Source of the DNA: Octopus sinensis
Lineage: Eukaryota
NCBI RefSeq assembly: GCF_006345805.1
Contig: NW_021825234.1
Location: forward strand, 1 to 15,961
Direction: 5' to 3'
DNA: 15,961 nucleotides
A model generated the notes under the pieces. The model ran no database searches, was not told the origin of the DNA, and saw only the letters and a list, made by a program, of their open reading frames with translations. Of the stretch, positions 7,990-15,961 are shown one piece after another. The translations under genes and the position numbers were made by a program. Each line of letters opens with the position of its first letter. The first letter of the stretch is position 1.

Positions 7990-8225
7990 GTGTGTGGTGT
8001 GTAAATATGTATGTATTTATGCATTATGTATGTATATAAGCATGTATATACATATATACACACATATATATATATATGGACATATATGTATATAAATACA
8101 CGTGTTTATACATATTCATTTATACATTATTTATACACGTATATACATTTATGTGCATGTATATATATATATATATATATGCATACACACACATACGCAT
8201 ACACACACATATATGTATGCATGTA
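7653..8225. repeat. Compound (GT)n/(AT)n/(AC)n low-complexity tract
   Basis: Direct reading. Confidence 0.93.
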
Positions 8226-9079
8226 TATAATTACAGTTCACTACGATACATCAATATCACATCCCATTATACCATTATGTCAATTATTACACTCTTCCTA
8301 TTATGTCGATATCACACACTATTATGCTATGTCAATAATATATCCACCACATTTACTCACTATTGCACTAATACATCAATATTTCCCGAATCAGTAATAC
8401 TACCTTCAGCTTCTTTACTCTGGCTAACACATTCTTTAATAAACACTCTTCGTTCTTAAACGCATTCACACACAACTTCTCAGTACTCAAATTCTTTTTG
8501 CATGTGACCGACTGTTTCTTAATATTAAGTGCACTCTTCTTTGCCAGAAACCACTTATATTCGTCCAATTACTTTTGACGATTATTTGTCGCTTATTATT
8601 ATTATATTTTACAATGCTACTGCTGTGTTTTCCTGTTGAAACACACTGACACTTTTGCTGTAGACATATTTTTCGATTCGTCTGCCTCTATCTTTCTCTG
8701 ACAAATGACAATCTCTCCGAAACGTCAAGCCACTTTTCTTTCGGAGAATACATAGATTTTGGTTCTCCGTTTCATTTTCTAATCAATTTTTCTATTGTGA
8801 TACTGCTTTTTCTATTCTGTTACATCAGATGTTGTGCTGAAATGGCAATCTTAAAGTAAAACTTTTCTTTTTGTCATTTCCAGCAGTCCTGTTTCAAAAT
8901 CGCCCAGTTCCTTTATCCGTTCCGGATTAGCTATTTGTTCATATTTCGTACTTTTTACATGACAAAACTGCATTTGGTGTCATGAATAAGGACTTCGAAG
9001 CTTATTTATTTAGCACCTGCATTGTTTTATCAAAACAATTTTGAATATGTCGTTTGTTTGATGCTAAATTAGCACCATT

Positions 9080-9282
9080 CATCATCATCATCATTACCAA
9101 CCACAAGAATCACAATCATCATCAGTATCATCATTAGCACCACCAACAACACCATTGTCATCAACTATTCATTACTACATCTTCATCATCATAGTGATTG
9201 ATCAACATCATTTCATCACCATCGCTACCAACACCACCACCACCATCATTACTATTATCATCACCACCACCACCACCACCAT
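9080..9282. repeat. Degenerate (CAT)n/(CAC)n trinucleotide tract, resuming at ~9490-9605 after a SINE
   Basis: Direct reading. Confidence 0.9.
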
Positions 9283-9295
9283 TAATAATGGTTTC

Positions 9296-9490
9296 TAATT
9301 TTGACGCAAGGCCAACAATTTCACGGGTGAGGATAAGTTGATTACATCAATCCCCAGTGCACATCTGGTACTTATTTTATCGATATCTAAAAGATGAAAC
9401 ACAAAGTCAACTTTGGCAGCATTTGAACTCAGAACGTAATGCCGCTAAGCAGTTCACCCAGCGTGTTAACGATTCTGCCAGCGCGCCACT
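9296..9490 (-). mobile_element. Octopus-type SINE (OK-like family)
   Basis: Minus strand GGCGCGCTGGCAGAATCGTTAACACG..TTACGTTCTGAGTTCAAATGCTGCC (A/B-box head), then ATAAAATAAGTACCAG..TGATGTAATCAACTT..TTGGCCTTGCGTCAAAATTAGAAACC. Shares blocks with 14514-14745 and 15008-15082. Confidence 0.8.
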
Positions 9491-9611
9491 TTGCCACCAT
9501 CGTTAATTTCATCATCTCTTAACTATCGCTTCATCGTTATCGTCATCATCATCACTATCAGCATCATCCCTTAATCATCAGTATCGTCGTCGTTTACGTC
9601 ATCATGATTCT

Positions 9612-10326
9612 ATCTTTTATCTTTTATCTTCTGCTAGTTTCAGTCATTAGCCTGCGGCCATGCTGGTGCACCATCTTGAACTGTTTGTCGACTGAATACG
9701 CCCAAGTACCTTTTTTTTAACCTGGTACCTATTCCATCGATTTTCTTTTTGCCGACCTGCTACATTACGGGTATGTAAACACGCCAACACCGGTTGTCAA
9801 GCGGTGGAGGGAGGACAAACATAGACACAAAGACACACACATAGATATAGAGACCCCCTTCGGTCATGACTGAAAGTTACCCTCCCAGGCACAAGTCCGA
9901 GCAAGGTTGCATATGGAAGGCCAGCAGTCGCCCATGCATACTAGCCTCCATCCTCTCCACGCCACGAGTGTTATCCAAAGGAAAGGCAAAGGCCGATACA
10001 GCTTGGCACCAGTGATGTCGCAACTCATTTCTACAGCTGAGTGAACTGGAGCGACGTGAAATAAAGTGTCTTGCTCAAGAACACAACACGCAACCCGGTC
10101 CGGGATTCGAACTCACAACTTCACGATCGTAAGCTCGGCACTCAATCCACTGAGCCATGCGCCCTCACATAGATATAACATATAAATATATATACACGGG
10201 CTTCTTTTAGTTTCTGTCTTCTAAATCCACTCACAAGACTTTCGTCTGCCCGAGGCTATACAAGAAAACACTCTTGCCGAAGGTGCCACGCAGTGGGACT
10301 GAACCCGGTACCATGTGGTTGGGAAG
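9612..10326 (-). mobile_element. OR-like SINE interrupted by a nested SINE
   Basis: Same family as 5660-6017 and 11841-12312. The tail part is 9612-9849 and the head part 10178-10326 (GTGCCACGCAGTGGGACTGAACCCGGTACCATGTGGTTGGGAAGCAA). Confidence 0.9.
9850..10165 (-). mobile_element. Near full-length tRNA-derived SINE nested in another SINE, with target-site duplication
   Basis: Minus strand A-box TGGCTCAGTGG and B-box GTTCGAATCCC, then a central GTGTTCTTGAGCAAGACACTT..GCTCCAGTTCACTCAGCTG..AAATGAGT domain. Flanking direct repeat CACATAGATATA at 9838-9849 and 10166-10177. Confidence 0.92.
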
Positions 10327-10869
10327 CAAACATCTTGTGGTTTTGTGTGGTTGCTTCGAGCTATCGTCATTGCTGTGGTTCGTGCTCATTGTAGCAATCA
10401 TGGTTGATGGTGGTGGGGATTAGGTTACTTCTTGCACACTGTTCCCGGGTGGTTGGGGTAATCGGGTGTTTTGGTTAGTAGGATGGCTCGGCTGAACGTA
10501 GACGTGGTCGTAGTGGCGTGTTGTGACAGTCGATGTGGCTACCATCAACACCAATTCTTTTCATCTATACCCTCCACCCGACAACCAGTGTCCTTTACGT
10601 CAACAACATTAGTTCCGAGATCTTCCTTATCCACCCTTTATTTCAACCTCACACCCCAAAACCCTGATGACGTGCTTTCTCCCATCGTCACTATTGTCAT
10701 CACTATCAGTATCGCACACACACATAAGTACATTGACATACATACCCGTCGGGTAGGCACTTCAACACCCCACCATGTATTTCTCACACAAACCTGTTTT
10801 ACAGTCGCACCCCAGATGCTTCATACAATTAATAAACGAACGAGATAATTTCTTAAATGTTATATCTGT

Positions 10870-10870
<1 letters not shown>

Positions 10871-10909
<39 letters not shown>

Positions 10910-10962
10910 GGTGTCTGTGTGTCTGTGAATTTGTGTATTTTGTATGTATGCGTGTGTGAGTG

Positions 10963-10995
<33 letters not shown>

Positions 10996-11215
10996 GTATA
11001 TATATACATATATATATACATGTATATACATATATATATGCATATATATATATATGTATATATGAATATATGTATATATCTATATATATATATATGTGTG
11101 TATGTTTGTATGTATATATACATACATGAATACAGAGTAACACACAAGTGTCTGTGTATGTATGTGTGTATATATATATACATACACACACACACACGCG
11201 CACACACACACATAT
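10871..11215. repeat. Compound (GT)n/(AT)n/(AC)n tract
   Basis: Direct reading. Confidence 0.95.
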
Positions 11216-11409
11216 ATGTTCGTTTGTGCTCACGCATATCTTTATGTAAGTGTACGTGCGCGTATTTACTTGGTTCAGTCTCAGGACACAACTACGAGAC
11301 TGATAAGAAACTAAGGGGTTAAGGCACGAGAACTACTTCTTGATCTCGTATTAAGGGGACAAGGGGACAAGGAAACGAATGTACAAAAACAAGCAAACAC
11401 GACAGTAGT

Positions 11410-11690
11410 GAGAATCACACATACATACACGTACGCATTCACACACTCACTCACATACACACATGGACACATACATATTCACACGCATACAAACACAATC
11501 ATACATAAACGCATGCTATTTTTACAGAAAGATACACATTCTCACACAAATGCACAAACGCACACATACATATATATAGAAACGTGCTCCTACGTATGTT
11601 CGCGCATACGCACGCATACATGCTTATATACGTATATATAAACATACATAGATAAATATTATCACACACACGCAGATACATACATAAACA
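11410..11690. repeat. Degenerate (AC)/(ACAT) low-complexity tract
   Basis: Direct reading. Confidence 0.85.
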
Positions 11691-11840
11691 TACCCGGTTG
11701 CCACCATTAAGATTTAATTATGTCAAAAGGGTCAGCAACGCACTGATATATATAAGAACGTGGGGTACGAGCGATACCCCTTTTCACGACTGATCCGGGT
11801 GAAGATGAGGTAACCCACCCACACCCTTCTTATCACAGAT

Positions 11841-12141
11841 TCTTTTATTCTATCATTCTTTTATCTGGTTCAGTCGTTTGACTGCGGCCATGCTGGAGTA
11901 TCGCCTTGAAGGATTTTAGTCGAACAAATCGAGCTCAGCACTTATTCTTTGGAAGCCTAGTACTTATTCTATCGGTCTCTTTTGCCGAACCTCTAAGTGA
12001 CCGGGACATAGACACACCAACATCGGTTGTCAAACGAAGGTGGAAGGACAAACACATACACACATGCATATATATGTGTGTATGTATGTATGTATGTATG
12101 TATGTATGTATGTATGTATGTATGTATGTATGTATGTATGT

Positions 12142-12172
<31 letters not shown>

Positions 12173-12312
12173 TGACGGGCTACTTTCAGTTTCCTTCTAA
12201 CAAATCCGCTCACAAGGCTTTGGTCGGCCCGAGACTATAGTAGAAGACACTTGCTCAAGGCGCTACGCAGCGGAACTGAACCCAGCACCATTTGGTTGGG
12301 GAGCAAGCTTCT
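11841..12312 (-). mobile_element. OR-like SINE with internal (TATG)n and (TAGA)n expansion (~12075-12172)
   Basis: Family blocks as in 5660-6017. Head on plus reads CTACGCAGCGGAACTGAACCCAGCACCATTTGGTTGGGGAGCAAGC. Confidence 0.9.
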
Positions 12313-12665
12313 TTATTTCATTATATTGGACATAAGGCCTTACACGGAGAAAGGAAGCTGCGGGCTGGACGTAGACATAATGTTATATGAAATGAAAATG
12401 AAAATGATGATTAATGGGGGGTAAAAAGCGACGCCGCCGATCGATTTTTTCCCGAGAACATTGATCTCTTGTATATTGTTCATGAGGCAACAAACATCTA
12501 CACTGTTCACAATATTCAATAACAAAACGAGGCGCTAAGCCTCTTACCTTTCTTTCCAGACTCGGAACTTTCAATAATACTGAGGCTTTTCAACTTCTTA
12601 TCACTATTCCTCCTCAACATCGCTTGTGCCCGCATACTCCGCCATCACCCACGCTTCATTCAAGA

Positions 12666-12725
12666 TCAAGGCGCCGTGTCGGCATTCAAGGCGCCGTGTC
12701 GGCATTCAAGGCGCCGTGTCGGCAT
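12666..12725. repeat. Three perfect tandem copies of a 20-bp unit (TCAAGGCGCCGTGTCGGCAT)
   Basis: Units at 12666-12685, 12686-12705 and 12706-12725, with no spacers. Confidence 0.98.
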
Positions 12726-12886
12726 CACCCGGGTACAAGCGATATTCCTCATTGAGTCCCTTCAGCCTAATCATCACGGGCAACGTTATGACCTCCACAG
12801 CTATCTGCGGAGGCCATTCGGTATCCTGTATGCAGGCTAAAGGTGCTCCCTTATGGTGCTTTTTCACCACCTTTTCTACTTCTCGC

Positions 12887-13900
12887 CTATAATTCGTCTT
12901 CCTCCGGGGGCGGCATATCCAATTCTACCGTTGGCGGTACAGTTCCCGCCAACGGTGACTCTTCCCCTACCGGTGGCACAACCCCAACCGATGAGGTTCC
13001 GGGACATTCCGGTACTATGTCACCGACTGCCGGCAATGTCCCGTTTCTCTTCCTCTTCTTCTTTTTTATCTTTTCAACTGGGAGAGGTTGCTTCTCCTCC
13101 GTGACCGGGAGATTTGCCTCCCCTTCCTCATTCCTAGGATCCTTCGGTGAGCACCCATTGTTGCTCACCTTCTTCCTCTTGCGGCCCTTCTTTGAGGATT
13201 CCTCCGCCTCCTCGGCCGCCTTCCTTCCCTCTTCTACAGAGGTCTCAATCAACTGCTCCATGGCTTTACTTTGTTCCTGGGAATAGTTTTTCTTTATATG
13301 GCCAGGCTCCATGCGCCGATGACACCTGGTGGGGCGACCCACAAGAATCACCAGGTACCTGCACCCGGTCATTTTCAAAAAGTCTGGAAAAGCCAGATTT
13401 TTCCAGACTGACCCATTGGCTGATGGGGTCCAAAGGGTCAAAACAGCTTTTGACCCAACCCAATCAGCCGCAGGAAAGACTTTCACATTAAGGAGCTTGG
13501 CTCCGCTACCACCCAGACCCCGGCGGATAGTCACCTCTATCCACTCGGGTTTTATCCCAGGTAGCAACCCGCAGACCCAAGCTCTTGTTAACCTCTTCCC
13601 ACAATACGTGGGAAGAAACAAAATTTCTTTGCGCTCTAAGGGCTGGCTCGCAAATTTACGAGCCTCTTCAGGTGTGTCAAATAGCAACCACATCGTTGCG
13701 TATTTGACACCCTTGGAAATTAATTTAATTGTGGGCAAATACCCTGCCAACTTCTTTTCAATTACAGTCATTTCAAATAGGGCGATGATATCGAGCGACT
13801 TGGAGTAAGTCCTCAACACCACCGTCCTCTCTTCACCACTCTTTCAACCACTACCTGGTTGGTATAATTTCCCACTCCCAAAAACATTGTCTTTTTTCAT
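12887..13900 (-). pseudogene. Gag-like ORF1p of a non-LTR retrotransposon (RRM-like region, decayed CCHC knuckle, acidic/basic low-complexity tail)
   Basis: 311-aa open frame (12887..13822), extendable to an in-frame ATG at 13900 across one TGA (13846-13844). Includes ..LLFDTPEEARKFA.. and ..RLTRAWVCGLLPGIKPEWI.. The knuckle C-HR-R-MEPG-H-IKKN-Y (13283-13324) has exact CX2CX4HX4C spacing, with CGC and TAT each one transition from a Cys codon. Confidence 0.8.
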
Positions 13901-14182
13901 TGCTGTTTTTTTTAACAGTTCGAAAATAGTTCAAAATAAAACTTAAAAGATAGAAGAAAAAGAAAGAAATCAAAAGAAAGTCGCAATAAAATGGAAAGAA
14001 GAAAAGGAAAACACTTCACAGAAAAAGAAAGTCAAAAAAGTTTAGAAGAAAGAAAGTCAATAGTTCAAAAACACAGCAAAAAAAATTCCGGCCACTAGGT
14101 ACTCCCGGCCAAGGTCGAACCTGGAACACCACAACTGGAACACAACTTCCACAAAAACTGGTATACAAGTCGTTCAATCTTC

Positions 14183-14400
14183 GGAAGCAAAGGTACTCCC
14201 CCAAAACAGCAATTCTCACAATTATTTTTAAAATTCACAAAAAGTAAACAAAGTTTTAGGAGGCACAATACACCCCCAAGCAACAGTTCTCACAATTAAG
14301 AGAGAGAAAATATTCACTTAACGTAAACCACTAACTTGGAAGCAGGATACGCCCCAAACAAAAATTCTCAGAATTAAGTAAGAAAAAATATTTACTCCAC
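14183..14400. repeat. Three diverged ~76-79-bp tandem monomers in the LINE 5'UTR
   Basis: Units start at 14183, 14259 and 14338, each reading approximately GGA(A/G)GCA..TAC..CCCCAA...TTCTCA(C/G)AATTA....AAAAT(A)TT(C/T)AC. Confidence 0.8.
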
Positions 14401-14513
14401 TGCAGGCAGACTAGAGCTTAGAATCCAGTGAGGATTTCTTGCTGTACAAAAAAAAATTATTACCGCAAACAACAACCCCCACTGGACCCAAAAAACAAGA
14501 GTCTTACCTTACA

Positions 14514-14745
14514 GCGGTCTTTATGTTCTGGGCTCAAATCCCACGGAGGTTGACATTACCCTTCATCTTTCAAGGGTCTATAAAATAAGTATCAGCTGAG
14601 CACGGAGATCGATGTAAAATGGTGGAGAAGTAACTTTACTGGTACTATTTTCACCAAAAACAGGATTTGAACTCGGAACGTAAAAAGCCGAAACAAACTC
14701 CAAGAAGCAGGTTCTCCGATGCTCTAACGATCCTCTCAGCTCACA
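14514..14745. mobile_element. Two decayed OK-like SINE fragments in opposite orientation (~14514-14605 plus; ~14635-14745 minus)
   Basis: Plus piece: TTTATGTTCTGGGCTCAAATCCC..CTTCATCTTT..ATAAAATAAGTATCAG..GATCGATGTAA. Minus piece on plus: ACTGGTACTATTTT..GGATTTGAACTCGGAACGTAAA..CTAACGAT..CAGCTCAC. Both share blocks with 9296-9490. Confidence 0.65.
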
Positions 14746-14750
14746 CTTAA

Positions 14751-14888
14751 CCCTTCGAGCCTGTAACACCGGTTTACCGGTAGATGGCTCAGTTTTTCTC
14801 TATACCATAGCACCGCTCTACCGGTGGAGTGTATCTGGAAGCCAGGTCTATGGTCAAATAAGGTTCAGGAGGTCAGGGCTTCAAAGGG
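14751..14888. mobile_element. Small TTAA-type (piggyBac-like) MITE
   Basis: TTAA (14747-14750), CCCTTCGAGCCTG ... CAGGGCTTCAAAGGG, then TTAT (14889-14892). Imperfect ~14-bp TIR with CCC/GGG ends, and an internal ACCGGTAGA/TCTACCGGT inverted pair. Confidence 0.55.
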
Positions 14889-15007
14889 TTATGATAGTTC
14901 TGTAATTTTGGTACAAAACCATCAATTTTAACAGGAGAGGGTTAGTTCTTGTTTGGCGATTTGTTTTATCAACCTGGAATAAATGAAAAGCAAATTTGGA
15001 TTCAGCT

Positions 15008-15082
15008 TGATTTCAACACTTAACATAAAATAGCGGAGTTAATGACCGCAAGGCATTTTGCCCGACGCTTTAGCGATTCTGC
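15008..15082 (-). mobile_element. Short OK-like SINE head remnant
   Basis: Plus strand ..AAGGCATTTTGCCCGACGCTTTAGCGATTCTGC parallels 9449-9478 (AAGCAGTTCACCCAGCGTGTTAACGATTCTGCC). Confidence 0.55.
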
Positions 15083-15373
15083 TTACAAAGAAAATATTTT
15101 CGTGCCGCGTTTACTTAAAGAACTCAATCAATTTTGTATATAAGATAATCATTAATGAAATAGAATAAAATAAAATAAAATAAAGGCATTAGACAGAAAA
15201 AGAAAACAAAATAAAACCTATTTAATAGAGTTTCGTTGGTGGTTTGATGAGATAACGATGTTTTAATCTAATACAGCATTAATTTACGACTTAATCCTAA
15301 CTCGGTTTTATTAAGCTTCTGAAGACAAGGTACTTTTGTGTTGTGGCGAATATTACAAAATCAGACGAAAAAT

Positions 15374-15515
15374 AAATAATAAATAAATAATAATAATAAT
15401 AATAATAAAAAATAATAATAATAATAATAATAAATTAATAATAAAATAATTAATATAACAACAACAACAACAACCAACAACAACGACGATGATAATAATA
15501 ATAATAAGAATAATA

Positions 15516-15554
<39 letters not shown>

Positions 15555-15587
15555 TAGTATAGTAATAGTAAAAAATAATTAATAATA

Positions 15588-15636
<49 letters not shown>

Positions 15637-15637
15637 T
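15374..15637. repeat. Long (AAT)n microsatellite with an embedded (AAC)n tract
   Basis: Direct reading. Confidence 0.97.
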
Positions 15638-15707
15638 AGAAAAGAGCAGGGTGAACAACAACAATAACAATAAACAGTAAAAACTCAGTAAATATTACTT
15701 ATTCCTT

Positions 15708-15961
15708 TCTTTCTCTCTCTCTCTCCCTCTCGCTCTCTCTCTCCCTTTCATTTTCTTTTCCCTGCTCACACATTCGTTTTTTTTTTCCCTTTTAAGGTTC
15801 TTTTTTAGTGTTTGTGGTGTTTTATTCTTTTCTTTCGCTAAATTTTATTAAAATAATAATAATGAAGAAACGCAAAAAAAAAACTAAATAAGTCAACACA
15901 GAAATAATACACATGAGAAAGAAATATATATGTACATACATACATACATACATACATACAT
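15708..15961. repeat. (CT)n tract (~15708-15745) and terminal (TACA)n tract (~15932-15961)
   Basis: Direct reading. Confidence 0.85.

Larger units (their letters stand above)
12325..14510 (-). mobile_element. 5' portion of a non-LTR retrotransposon (L1/Tx1-like architecture): 5'UTR plus ORF1, ORF2 missing
   Basis: GC-richer block containing the ORF1 below, a T-rich (minus strand) 5'UTR with tandem monomers, and degenerate coding continuation to ~12340. No APE or RT motifs in the window, so the clade is not secure. Confidence 0.65.

Noticed and set aside
8368-8568. 66-aa Lys/Cys-containing ORF as a zinc-finger exon
   Set aside because: No C2H2 or other motif spacing, and no convincing splice pair.
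8860-8990. Possible plus-strand exon after a polypyrimidine tract and CAG (8881-8886)
   Set aside because: No strong donor and no recognisable peptide; cannot be supported without transcript data.
10340-10760. 125-aa ORF 10471..10848 and the GT-rich/AC-rich compositional switch near 10520
   Set aside because: Low-complexity sequence with a non-ATG start. I could not align the halves as a true inverted repeat.
12666-12725. CRISPR-like repeat
   Set aside because: The units are directly adjacent with no spacers, the context is eukaryotic and there are no cas genes.
13329-13808. 159-aa plus-strand ORF, and the other plus-strand ORFs at 12626-13491
   Set aside because: Antisense shadows of the GC-richer ORF1, with no recognisable motifs.

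Overview
AT-rich eukaryotic non-coding DNA made almost entirely of microsatellites and decayed mobile elements. The SINE families and repeat landscape look like an octopus (cephalopod) genome; this comes from recognising the families, not from a database search. I found no supportable host exon, intact gene or CRISPR, and most listed ORFs are microsatellite or antisense artefacts. The real coding remnants are: (1) a mariner-superfamily (maT/DD37D-like) transposase fragment at 29-288; (2) a Penelope-like retroelement (PLE) whose RT-thumb half (286-791, minus) is inverted against its GIY-YIG endonuclease half (792-1420, plus), with a ~101-bp duplicated overlap; (3) a mariner MITE at ~6090-6309; (4) the 5' part of a non-LTR retrotransposon on the minus strand (repetitive 5'UTR plus gag-like ORF1 with a decayed CCHC knuckle), which stops about where ORF2 should begin. 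The most interesting layer is RNA-level. Three sequence-distinct PLE-type minimal hammerhead ribozyme motifs are present (1626-1688 +, 3164-3209 -, 6709-6748 -), plus weaker relics. One lies downstream of a tRNA-like Pol III head on the same strand, suggesting a SINE-hammerhead hybrid element. There is also a ~270-bp foldback, nested SINEs with a clear TSD, a Helitron-like element and a TTAA-type MITE.
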